Of a DNA stretch of 64,000 bases, positions 49,724 through 58,709 are shown one piece after another. Under the pieces are notes generated by a model. The model was not told where the DNA came from, searched no databases, and saw only the letters and a list, made by a program, of their open reading frames with translations. The DNA is from Treponemataceae bacterium (GTDB lineage: Bacteria > Spirochaetota > Spirochaetia > Treponematales > Rectinemataceae). Numbering within the stretch: the first letter of the stretch is position 1; each line of letters starts with the position of its first letter. The DNA is taken from positions 416,001 to 480,000 of the forward strand of contig CAXXGJ010000018.1 of the NCBI GenBank assembly GCA_963677895.2. The letters run 5' to 3'. The position numbers and the translations under genes were made by a program.

Positions 49724-50516
49724 CGGCCTGGCTTCTTTTTTCACGACCTATGTGCGGCCCGTTCTCGATGTGCTCCTTTTAGCCTATCTCATCTACAATA
49801 CCTACCAGATTCTGGTTAAGACGCAGGCGATTCAGCTCGTCAAGGGAATTCTGCTCCTTACCGGCATCTACGCCTTGGCCTTCTTCCTCCAGCTCTCCAC
49901 GGTAACCTGGATACTGGGGATCGTGGCGCCCGGATTGGTCATCGGCCTCGCGATCATCTTCCAGCCCGAATTGAGGAAGATCTTCATGCACTTGGGACAG
50001 GGAAGGCTTTTCCGGACGAACCGACAGCCCAGGGCCAGCCAGATCGAGGCTTCCGCTACCGCGTGCGAGATACTTGCCCAGATGAAGCGCGGCGCCCTCA
50101 TCGTGTTCAGCAGGAATGTCGGCTTGAAGGAAATAATCGACAAGGGAATCAGGCTCGACGCCGTGCTTACCACGAGTCTTCTCGTCACGGTTTTCGCCCA
50201 TGACAATCCCCTCCATGACGGCGCGGCGATCATCCAGGAAGGCCGTCTGGCCGCGGCCGCGTGCTTCCTGCCCCTTTCCAACCAACAGGATATCAAGAAA
50301 AGTTTCGGAAGCCGGCATCGCGCCGCGCTCGGCATCACCGAAGAATCCGACGCCGTCGTGCTCGTCGTGTCTGAGGAGACGGGCGCTCTTTCCCTTGCCT
50401 ACGACTCTAAGCTTTACTACGGACTCTCGGGCGAACAGCTGAGGGTGCGTCTCGCGAAGCTTCTCGAGGGCGAGGCTATGGAATCGGCCGAGGAGGAGAA
50501 GCATTATGAAGCTTGA
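49713..50516 (+). CDS. dacA: Diadenylate cyclase CdaA
   Basis: N-terminal TM helices, FQPELR, LHDGA, GSRHRAA, VSEETG. Confidence 0.95.
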   Translation: MDLNGLASFFTTYVRPVLDVLLLAYLIYNTYQILVKTQAIQLVKGILLLTGIYALAFFLQLSTVTWILGIVAPGLVIGLAIIFQPELRKIFMHLGQGRLFRTNRQPRASQIEASATACEILAQMKRGALIVFSRNVGLKEIIDKGIRLDAVLTTSLLVTVFAHDNPLHDGAAIIQEGRLAAAACFLPLSNQQDIKKSFGSRHRAALGITEESDAVVLVVSEETGALSLAYDSKLYYGLSGEQLRVRLAKLLEGEAMESAEEEKHYEA

Positions 50517-51548
50517 ACGCTTCTTCAAGCTCATGTTCGCCGACTGGCCGGCGAAGGTGCTCTCCCTGGCGGTAGCCCTCCTTCTCACCCTTTTCTTCAA
50601 TCTCACCCGTCTGGAACAAAGGACGATCAACATTCCGCTCACCGTTTCCCTCAACGACGAGATGGCGCCTTCCAGTCAGTACCCGCGCATGGTGCGGGTA
50701 ATCCTTCGCGGCGAACGCGATGTCATCTACAGTATTCGCGAGGATGAGGTCTCTGCTTCCCTGGACCTAGCGGAATACAAGAACGAAGGCGTGTTCAAGG
50801 CACCCATACGTCTCGAAAAACGAGGGAATGCCCTTACCGCCGATCCTCTCGAGATCCATCCCGAACCTTCCGAGATAGCCATCGGCCTGGAGAGGAGAAT
50901 GACGAAGAAGGTGCCTGTCACTCCTTCGTTCAAGGGCTTTCTCGAATCCGGCTTCGAACTCACGACCTTCGACCTGGTTCCCGCGGAAGTGACGGTCTCC
51001 GGACCCGCGGGGCTCGTCGCGCGCACCACGGAAGTCTCGACCGACACGATCGAGCTGAGCGGGAAGAAATCGGATTTCACCGCCAATGTGCGTCTTCTTA
51101 AGAAGGAAAGTCTCCTTTCTCTGGATGGAAAGGAGTCGGTCGTTTTTTCCGCGAAAGTGCGAAAGTCCCTCGACATCAAGAATTTCGTCAATATAAAGAT
51201 CTATCCTCAGGGCTGAGCGCTTCGCTTGAAATCACCGATATCCTGCCCACGGGTAACGTGCGGATGCATATTCCCGAAGAGGCCATGGGTAATTTCGACC
51301 AGAATGCCCTGCTTAGCATAGATCTTTCCACGCTTACCAAACCCGGCACGTATATGGTCGATGTAGCCGTCTCGGCGCCCGAGGGAGCCGTGGTGGAAAC
51401 CTTCGAACCGCAAACCCTTACCATCAGCCTCAGGTCCGCCGGATCCGGATCGGGAAGTCAGTTGTCCGGATCGATTCCATCGTTGCCGTCTTCCGGCATT
51501 TTCGGCGCGTCTCAGCAGCAGGCGGCCCCTCAGTCCAATGGCTTCTAA
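50506..51548 (+). pseudogene. cdaR: CdaR/YbbR-family protein split by a 1-nt frameshift (ORFs 50506-51216 and 51258-51548)
   Basis: WPAKVLSL N-terminus and YbbR-like repeats; the -1 frame across 51213 reads LSASLEITDILPTGNVRMHI...IDLSTLTKPGTY. Confidence 0.75.
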
Positions 51549-51572
51549 TCTTTCTTCGTTCAGGAGTCCAGA

Positions 51573-51959
51573 ATGATCGCCGGTATTGGCATAGATATCG
51601 TTCACGTCAGCAGGATTCAGCGCTGGATGACAACGCCGGGGCTGGTGGAGCGTTTTTTCCATCCGATGGAGATCGCGGATTCGGCCTCTCGCGGCGCTGG
51701 CCGCGCTCTGTCTCTGGCGGCCCGTTTCGCCGCGAAGGAAGCCTTCGGGAAGGCTCTCGGAACGGGGCTGGCGAAGATGAAGCTGAAGGATATCTTCGTG
51801 AGGAACGATCATAACGGCCAGCCGTTCATCATCCTGGAAGGTACCGCCTCGGCGCGTTTCGCGCAGTTGGGCGGCGGCAAAGTACATTGTTCGCTAACCC
51901 ATGAAGGAGAAAACGCGGTGGCCTTGGTCGTGATCGAGAAAGAAGCGGGCGGGAAATGA
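51573..51959 (+). CDS. acpS: Holo-ACP synthase
   Basis: GIGIDIV, ARFAAKEAFGKALGTG, SLTH. Confidence 0.95.
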   Translation: MIAGIGIDIVHVSRIQRWMTTPGLVERFFHPMEIADSASRGAGRALSLAARFAAKEAFGKALGTGLAKMKLKDIFVRNDHNGQPFIILEGTASARFAQLGGGKVHCSLTHEGENAVALVVIEKEAGGK

Positions 51960-52858
51960 CCAGAAGGCCCATTCAGCTTGTCGTTTCCTACGACGGCACC
52001 GATTTCGCGGGGTGGCAGCGCCAGAAAAACGAGCGTTCCGTGCAGGAAGAGATAGAGAAAGCCCTCGAGAAAATGCATGGGCATCCTGTTCGCCTGACGG
52101 GAGCCGGCCGCACCGACGCGGGCGTTCACGCGCTAGGCCAGGTGGCCGGATTTTTTACCGATATAGCGTCCATTCCCGCCGAAAAATTTCTTCTCGCCCT
52201 CAACAAGCTGCTGCCGCGCGACATACGCATCCTTTGCGCGGGCGATGCGCCGCGCGATTTCCACGCGCGTTTCGACGCTTCCCTGAGGAGATATAGGTAT
52301 TTCTTCCTTTGTTCCAGCCCCCAGGACGCTTTTTCCCAGCGCTATGCCTGGTGCCTTTCCCGCCAGCCTTCCATCGGCAAGCTCAACGCCATGGCTTCGG
52401 TCATCGTGGGCGAGCATGATTTCTCGGCGTTCGCCTCTGCCAAAGATATCAGCGTCTCGAAATCCAGGTTCATCCAGGATTCCAGCTTCTGGTTTGAGGG
52501 CGGCAAGCTTGTCTATCAGGTTTCGGCGAACGCTTTTTTATGGCGCATGGTGCGTTCCCTCGTCGGCACGATGATCTTTTTCGAATCCAAGGCCGCAACC
52601 GAGGCCGATGCGGCCAAACTTATGCTGGATATACTCGTCAGCGCGGACAGGCGGGAAGCGGGGCCGACCGCTCCTCCTTACGGGCTTTTCCTCTGGAATG
52701 TGGAATACGGCCCGCGCGCCCATGGCCATCAGCGCCGACGGCCTCAGGACGATGAGCCCGAAGAAGATGTTCCCGATGAAACCTTGCCCGGTCTTCAGAC
52801 CGCCAGGCTCGTTCCCGGCATCGGATTCGTGGACGAAACCTCGATCCTGCGCGGCTGA
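51956..52858 (+). CDS. truA: tRNA pseudouridine(38-40) synthase
   Basis: YDGTDFAGWQ, GRTDAGVHA, FLWRMVR. Confidence 0.96.
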   Translation: MTRRPIQLVVSYDGTDFAGWQRQKNERSVQEEIEKALEKMHGHPVRLTGAGRTDAGVHALGQVAGFFTDIASIPAEKFLLALNKLLPRDIRILCAGDAPRDFHARFDASLRRYRYFFLCSSPQDAFSQRYAWCLSRQPSIGKLNAMASVIVGEHDFSAFASAKDISVSKSRFIQDSSFWFEGGKLVYQVSANAFLWRMVRSLVGTMIFFESKAATEADAAKLMLDILVSADRREAGPTAPPYGLFLWNVEYGPRAHGHQRRRPQDDEPEEDVPDETLPGLQTARLVPGIGFVDETSILRG

Positions 52859-53652
52859 GGCTGAATCCCCTTGGCCGCCAGGCTGCCGATGATGGAGGGG
52901 ATGAGGCTGTTCTTGAGCTCGGTGAGGTTCTCCTGGCGGAACCAGGTGCCTACGAGGAGGCTGGTCCCGTCGGGGGTTACCGCGTCGAGAAGGATCAGCG
53001 GCGCGGGATCCTTGAGCGCGAGGGGCTCGGCGTCGATCGCCGAACGTATCGCCGCCGCCGCCGCGGCGTAATCGCAGCCATTGGGAATGCTGAGCCAGAG
53101 ATCGAGCCTCCGCTGGGGATAATACGAGATATTGACGATATTGGATTTGATGAGCGTTTCGTTCGGCACGCGGATGAGACGGTTATCGAAGGTTCTGATT
53201 CTGATGCACATGAGATCGACGGTTTCCACGACGCCGGAGGTTGTGTCTATCTGGAGCGTGTCGCCTATTTTGAAAACCCCTTCGGAAAAAAGAAAGAGGC
53301 CGGATATGATATTGGCGACCGAAGTCTGGGCGGCGAAGCCCAGCGCTATTCCCGCGATTCCCGCGGCGCCCAGCAAGGCCGAGATGTCGAGTCCCGCTCT
53401 TTTGCTGGCGGTGAGGAATACGATGATGTTCCCGCCGTATTTGATGATGTTTTCGAGGATTGAGGCGCTGCGGTTGGGCAGTCGTCCCTTCCTTGAAAAT
53501 CTTTTTATTGCGTTGAATAATAGACGCACGATGCCGAGGCCGACGACAAGTATGAAAAAGACCGAAAAAGCCGTGGTGATGCTTTTGGCCGAGGCCAATT
53601 CGCCGAAAGCATCGGATATGGACTGAATCAAGCCGTGGACCTTTGTGTTCAT
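52795..53652 (-). CDS. Small-conductance mechanosensitive channel (MscS family)
   Basis: Start MNTKVH at 53652; GAAGIAGIALGFAAQ, NIISG, RVPN. Confidence 0.9.
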   Translation of the reverse strand: MNTKVHGLIQSISDAFGELASAKSITTAFSVFFILVVGLGIVRLLFNAIKRFSRKGRLPNRSASILENIIKYGGNIIVFLTASKRAGLDISALLGAAGIAGIALGFAAQTSVANIISGLFLFSEGVFKIGDTLQIDTTSGVVETVDLMCIRIRTFDNRLIRVPNETLIKSNIVNISYYPQRRLDLWLSIPNGCDYAAAAAAIRSAIDAEPLALKDPAPLILLDAVTPDGTSLLVGTWFRQENLTELKNSLIPSIIGSLAAKGIQPQPRRIEVSSTNPMPGTSLAV

Positions 53653-53689
53653 GACTGAACTATAAAGCAGCGGCAAGGCGAGAGGAATA

Positions 53690-54715
53690 GTGTCCGATAA
53701 AAAGAAAAAGAAAAAAAACGCCGCGGGCCTTTCTTCCCTCGCTCCGGGAAACGAAGTATCGGCCATACAGGGCAAGGAACGCTCATGGACCGGCCTGGTC
53801 GAGGCAGGCAATGGGGAGAGAGCCGACAAGTACATAGCCGAGATCGCCGGAATCCTGAGTCGTTCCCAGATCAAGGCGCGGGGAGCCAGGATCTTCGTCA
53901 ACGGAAAGGAAGAAAAACTCTCGCGTCGTCTGGTGTCAGGTGATCGGATCGAGGTGGCCTGGACCGATGAGCCGAGCCACAGCCTGAAACCCGAAAAGCT
54001 GGATGTGCAAATTCTCTATGAGGACGAGAATGTCTTCGTGTTCGATAAAGCGCAGGGGATGGTGACGCATCCCGCCAACGGCAACTGGAGCGGAACGCTG
54101 GCCAACGCGGCGGTATGGCTCGACGCCGAGCGAAAAGGCGAGGGCGAGGCGCCGCGCGGCGGAATCGTCCACAGGCTCGACAAGGACACTTCCGGCGTCA
54201 TAATCGTGGCCAGAAATACCGAAACCCACGAATTTCTCGCGGCTCAATTCAAGAACCGGAGCACTCGCAAGGAATATTGGGCAATCGTGCGCGGTTCCCC
54301 GGCGGGAGACACCGGCCATCTTGAAAATTACCTGACCCGCGACAAGTACAACCGGAAAAAATTCGCGGGGAATGAATCGCGGGGGAAACGCGCCGTTACC
54401 GATTATCGCGTGCTGGCCCGCTGGTCTGTCGAGGGCAGGCGCGACTACGCGCTCGTCGCCCTATATCCCAAGACGGGGAGGACTCATCAGCTCAGGGTCC
54501 ATATGTCGGGAATGGGCTGTCCCATATTGGGCGATCCACTTTATGCCCAAAGCGACTTCTTTTTTCCCGATGCCACGCTTATGCTGCACGCGCGGCGTCT
54601 CAGGATAGTCCTGCCAGGCATCGCCGAGCCCATGGTCTTCAAAGCCCCTATGCCCTCGCGCTTCCACGCCATGATCGCCCTCCTTGAAAAAAAAGGCCGC
54701 CGAATCCAAGGCTGA
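53690..54715 (+). CDS. RluA/RluD-family pseudouridine synthase
   Basis: S4-like N-terminus, GIVHRLDKDTSG, TGRTHQLRVH, GDPLY. Confidence 0.93.
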   Translation: MSDKKKKKKNAAGLSSLAPGNEVSAIQGKERSWTGLVEAGNGERADKYIAEIAGILSRSQIKARGARIFVNGKEEKLSRRLVSGDRIEVAWTDEPSHSLKPEKLDVQILYEDENVFVFDKAQGMVTHPANGNWSGTLANAAVWLDAERKGEGEAPRGGIVHRLDKDTSGVIIVARNTETHEFLAAQFKNRSTRKEYWAIVRGSPAGDTGHLENYLTRDKYNRKKFAGNESRGKRAVTDYRVLARWSVEGRRDYALVALYPKTGRTHQLRVHMSGMGCPILGDPLYAQSDFFFPDATLMLHARRLRIVLPGIAEPMVFKAPMPSRFHAMIALLEKKGRRIQG

Positions 54716-54769
54716 AAAGACGGCGTTTCATGAACCGGCTATGATCGATTCGGGGTTCTCAGGGCATGA

Positions 54770-54802
54770 AAAAGCCCCCCGGGCGGCCATCGGGGGGCTT
54801 TT
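54770..54802. terminator. Bidirectional intrinsic terminator
   Basis: AAAAGCCCCCCG...CGGGGGGCTTTT between convergent genes. Confidence 0.8.
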
Positions 54803-54865
54803 CTCGCATCGACCAGGGAATTGCTCCCGGGTCGTCGCGATTTTCACACTACGCTTTGAAGACGA

Positions 54866-55153
54866 TCAGTAGCTGCGGGGGCGGAAAGATCCACCGTCGC
54901 GGCGGGGCTTGTCTTCTGCTTCGTTCACGCGAAGCTGCCTGCCCATGAACTCAAAGCCGTTGAGAGCATCAATGGCCTTCTGAGCCTCGTCATCATTGAG
55001 CATCTCGACAAAGCCGAATCCCTTCGCCTTGCCAGTGTAGCGATCGATGATGATGTTGACGGAAGAAACCTCGCCGTACTGGGCGAAAAGGTCACGAAGC
55101 TGATTCTCAGCGGTACTGTAATTCATGTTGCCGACATAAACCTTCTTGGACAT
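54866..55153 (-). CDS. Single-RRM RNA-binding protein
   Basis: Start MSKKVYVGNM (RNP2), KGFGFVEM (RNP1), short Gly/Arg tail. Confidence 0.95.
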   Translation of the reverse strand: MSKKVYVGNMNYSTAENQLRDLFAQYGEVSSVNIIIDRYTGKAKGFGFVEMLNDDEAQKAIDALNGFEFMGRQLRVNEAEDKPRRDGGSFRPRSY

Positions 55154-55482
55154 GCGGAAAAACCTCAAATTAGGGCCGTCTTCGCAGGACGACGGCGGCA
55201 CCGGATCCGTCCGCCTAGGGCGGACGTACTGTGACTTTCAGGAGGACTGGATATACACCTCGACCGTCTTTAAAGCAGGAGGATTAGGCTGAGATAGCAA
55301 TGCTTGGGTCTTTCCGAAAGAAGAAGCGAGTGGAGCGGGGGCTCTGGAGAATTCGGCCGCCGAACCCCCAAAACCGTAAGTAAAGGAATGACGATGCATG
55401 AAAAGCCAGTTTCTACCTTAAAAACGGAGGAAGATAACAACCCTCCGAAAGCTTGTAACACCGCATACACGGCATCATTGTG

Positions 55483-55512
55483 AGTATATGGGGATTTTAC
55501 GGGTGCAGTCAA
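55483..55512 (-). promoter_or_regulatory. Sigma70-like promoter for the RRM gene
   Basis: Minus strand TTGACT-18 nt-TATACT. Confidence 0.65.
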
Positions 55513-55548
55513 CTCCTTTTTCATCGTTTTGCCGTTATTTTAATTGCC

Positions 55549-55576
55549 TTGACAAAGAGTAGCCCATCCGTATAAT
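55549..55576 (+). promoter_or_regulatory. Consensus sigma70 promoter for rny
   Basis: TTGACA-16 nt-TATAAT. Confidence 0.8.
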
Positions 55577-55611
55577 CAAAATGACGGCATTTACATACAT
55601 CGGAGGGACAA

Positions 55612-57144
55612 ATGGCATCAAAAGTTTGGTTTGTTGCCCTTCCCCTTGCCGGCTTGATTCTTGGATGGACGATCCGCTGGCTATATGCCAGATTTCAACT
55701 CACTGCTGCGGAAAATGAAGCAGCGCGAATTAAACAGGACGCAGTTAAAGATGCAGAAGCCGAAAAAAAGGCGATCCTGGTAGAGGCGAAAGATCAGCTC
55801 ATTCGGGAACGCAACCAGCAAGAAAGGGAAATAAGGGAACGGCGCATCGAAGCCCAGAAGCTCGAACGCCGCGTAATGCAGAAGGAAGAAAACCTAGATA
55901 ACAAAATCGAAGCGCTTGAAAGACTTGAAGGAACCCTGAAAGGAAGAGAAAAGGTCATCGTCGAGAGGGAAACCGCCCTGCTCGGTCAAGAAGAACAGTA
56001 CAGACAGGAACTAGAACGCATTTCAGGTCTCACCGCGGAAGAGGCGAAGCGTATCATTATCCAGAATATGGAAAATGAGGCGAAACGCGACGCGCAGATC
56101 CTGATCAACAAAATCGATCAGGAAGCCCAGCTCACCGCCGAGAAGCGGACGCGCGACGTCCTCGTGACGACGATGCAGAGGATCGCCACCGACGTGACGG
56201 CCGAAACGACGGTCACTTCCGTGAGCCTGCCGTCGGACGAAATGAAGGGCCGGATCATAGGCAGGGAAGGGCGGAACATCCGCACGCTGGAGACGCTCAC
56301 CGGCGTGGATGTCATCATCGACGATACGCCCGAAGCCGTGGTTATTTCCTGCTTCGATCCAGTGCGCAGGGAGATCGCCCGAGTATCGCTCGAACGTCTC
56401 ATTTCCGACGGACGCATCCATCCCGCCCGCATCGAGGAGATGGTGCAGAAAGTCACGCGCGAAATCTCCCAGAAGATCTACGACGAGGGGGAGAAGGTCG
56501 TCTTCGACCTCGGTCTCCACAACATGGCCCCGGAACTCATCAGGGCGCTCGGACGGCTTTATTTCAGGACGAGCTACGGACAGAACGTCCTGCTGCATTC
56601 GAAGGAAGTGGCCATCATCGCCGGCCTTCTCGCGGCGGAAATCGGCCTCAATAGGGAAATCGCCAAGCGAGGCGCCCTCCTTCACGATATCGGAAAAGGT
56701 ATCGAGACCGATGGCGACCAGAACCACGCCGAGATCGGCATGGACCTCGTGCGCAAGATGGGCGAGGATCCGCGCGTCATAAACGCGGTAGGTTCCCACC
56801 ACAACGATGTGGAGCCTATCTGTCCCGAAAGCGTGCTCGTGCAGATCGCGGACGCCATTTCGGCGGCGAGGCCGGGCGCCAGGCGAGAAACCCTCGACAA
56901 TTACATCAAACGGCTGGAAAACCTTGAGACGATCGCGGAAAGCTTCTCCGGCGTCGACAAAGCCTTCGCCATCCAGGCGGGCCGCGAACTCCGCATCCTC
57001 GTCAACTACGAAAACGTATCCGACGAGCAGGCCAAGGAAATGTGCAAGAACATCGCCAAGAAGATCGAGACGGACTTGCGCTATCCGGGCCGCATTAAAG
57101 TGACCATCATCCGCGAGACCCGCATTGTGGAATACGCCCGATAA
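55612..57144 (+). CDS. rny: Ribonuclease Y
   Basis: N-terminal TM, coiled coil, KH (KGRIIGREGRNIR) and HD (LLHDIGK) domains. Confidence 0.97.
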   Translation: MASKVWFVALPLAGLILGWTIRWLYARFQLTAAENEAARIKQDAVKDAEAEKKAILVEAKDQLIRERNQQEREIRERRIEAQKLERRVMQKEENLDNKIEALERLEGTLKGREKVIVERETALLGQEEQYRQELERISGLTAEEAKRIIIQNMENEAKRDAQILINKIDQEAQLTAEKRTRDVLVTTMQRIATDVTAETTVTSVSLPSDEMKGRIIGREGRNIRTLETLTGVDVIIDDTPEAVVISCFDPVRREIARVSLERLISDGRIHPARIEEMVQKVTREISQKIYDEGEKVVFDLGLHNMAPELIRALGRLYFRTSYGQNVLLHSKEVAIIAGLLAAEIGLNREIAKRGALLHDIGKGIETDGDQNHAEIGMDLVRKMGEDPRVINAVGSHHNDVEPICPESVLVQIADAISAARPGARRETLDNYIKRLENLETIAESFSGVDKAFAIQAGRELRILVNYENVSDEQAKEMCKNIAKKIETDLRYPGRIKVTIIRETRIVEYAR

Positions 57145-57155
57145 CGGGTGACGCA

Positions 57156-57962
57156 GTGTCCGAGCGAATGGCTTCAGTAATAATGGTGGGGGACGTCGTA
57201 GGCGCTTCTGGCCTGCGCGTCCTCTTTGCCCAGCTTCCCGCGTTTTCCAAGAAGAAAAATGCCGATATCGTCATCGCCAACGGCGAAAATTCGCTGAAAG
57301 GTTTCGGCATCGGCAAAGAAGAACTCGACATAATGCTCTCGAGCGGCGTCTCGGTCATAACGACGGGCAACCATGTCTGGGAGCGGAAGGAAGCGGCCGA
57401 GCTTCTGGATGCCGAAAAGGTCCTGTTGAGACCGGCCAATTACCCTCCCGGCTTGCCGGGCAAAGGCCTTCTTCATATCAAGGGCAGGGAATTCGACTGG
57501 GTGGTCATCAATTTGCAGGGCAGGGAATTCCTCTATGCCATCGATTGTCCCTTCAGGACAGCCGACGAGCTGATCGCCAAGGCCAGGCGAGAATATCCCG
57601 CGGCCATGATTGTCGTGGATTTCCACGCCGAGTCGGCGGAAGAGAAAGAAGCTTTGGCCTGGCACCTGGACGGCAGGGCGTGCGTCGTCGCCGGCACGCA
57701 TACCCATGTGCAGACCGCCGACGAGCGGATTTTTCCGGAAGGGACCGGCTATCTCACGGACCTCGGCATGACGGGACCCATCGATTCGATTATTGGCGTG
57801 AAAAAAGACATTTGCATTCGCCGCTCCCTGAGCCAGATTCCCTACAAAATGGAAACCGCCGAGGGGGAAGCGGCCATGGCCGGCGCTATTTTCGGCGTAG
57901 ACCCCCAAACCAAACGCTGCGTTTCGATAGAACGGTTCTACCTCGCCACGACGATCGCGTAG
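57156..57962 (+). CDS. ymdB: YmdB-like metallophosphoesterase
   Basis: GDVVG, NGEN, TGNH, DFHAE, GTHTHVQTAD; follows rny. Confidence 0.92.
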   Translation: MSERMASVIMVGDVVGASGLRVLFAQLPAFSKKKNADIVIANGENSLKGFGIGKEELDIMLSSGVSVITTGNHVWERKEAAELLDAEKVLLRPANYPPGLPGKGLLHIKGREFDWVVINLQGREFLYAIDCPFRTADELIAKARREYPAAMIVVDFHAESAEEKEALAWHLDGRACVVAGTHTHVQTADERIFPEGTGYLTDLGMTGPIDSIIGVKKDICIRRSLSQIPYKMETAEGEAAMAGAIFGVDPQTKRCVSIERFYLATTIA

Positions 57963-58654
57963 CGGTCCTTCCCGACCTCGAAAGGCTCGCGATTCCAGCC
58001 CGACCATAGCTCGATATTCCTGAAACCGGCGCCGCGGAGCCAATAGACGATCATATCCGGCTTTATGACATGAAGGACGGTAATATCGCTCGAGGATTTC
58101 TTTCCTTCGGTGAGGGTCGTGGTGAAGGCGATGGTGCCGGCGCCGTTTCCGCGCTCATAGCGCCGCTCGAAGCGGAAACTTTCCGTCTCGATGTCGGGAA
58201 AGACAAAGCCCGGACCTATGTCGGGATGGGCATAGTTCATTGTCTGGATGACGAAAGGCGCGCCCGTCCCCAGCAGTCTTTTGACCATGGAGAAGAACAG
58301 CGGAATGCTTTCGGGAAGAAGATGGGGGAGGGTGTTGCCGAGACAGAGAACGGCCCCGAACCTGACGATGATGCCATAGTCGTTCTTGACGATGGATTCG
58401 GCGTCGAGCATGGATCCCTGCACGACATGGGCGCGGGAAGCGGCTCTGGCCGCCATTTCGCTGCTCAACTCGATTCCGAGCGTGTCCCAGCCCCTGTCGG
58501 CGAAGGCTCGGGCGTGTCCGCCGGTAGCCGCTCCCAGGTCGAGGATTCTTTTTTCGGCTCCGCTGGGGATGAGGGCTTCAATCGCCTCTATCGTTTTAGG
58601 GTTCAGCGGGAAGATCTCGTCATAGATGCGACTGATTCTGTCATAAAGCGGCAT
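57938..58654 (-). CDS. Class I SAM-dependent methyltransferase
   Basis: Start MPLYD; ILDLGAATG, CLGNTLPHL. Confidence 0.88.
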   Translation of the reverse strand: MPLYDRISRIYDEIFPLNPKTIEAIEALIPSGAEKRILDLGAATGGHARAFADRGWDTLGIELSSEMAARAASRAHVVQGSMLDAESIVKNDYGIIVRFGAVLCLGNTLPHLLPESIPLFFSMVKRLLGTGAPFVIQTMNYAHPDIGPGFVFPDIETESFRFERRYERGNGAGTIAFTTTLTEGKKSSSDITVLHVIKPDMIVYWLRGAGFRNIELWSGWNREPFEVGKDRYAIVVAR

Positions 58655-58709
58655 TGGCCTTCCCCTCCCTGGTTGAATTTCTTTATCAAGACTAAATATA
58701 CTCACTTAT

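Noticed and set aside
53699..53718. A-rich tract as a phase-variation site
   Set aside because: Encodes an in-frame poly-Lys start of the pseudouridine synthase (or lies in its leader); the frame is intact.
55200..55500. 6S RNA, often found near rny
   Set aside because: No long end-to-end rod with a central bubble seen; only local hairpins.
55270..55524. 84-aa minus-strand ORF upstream of the RRM gene
   Set aside because: Starts upstream of the predicted promoter and spans it; no protein-like features.
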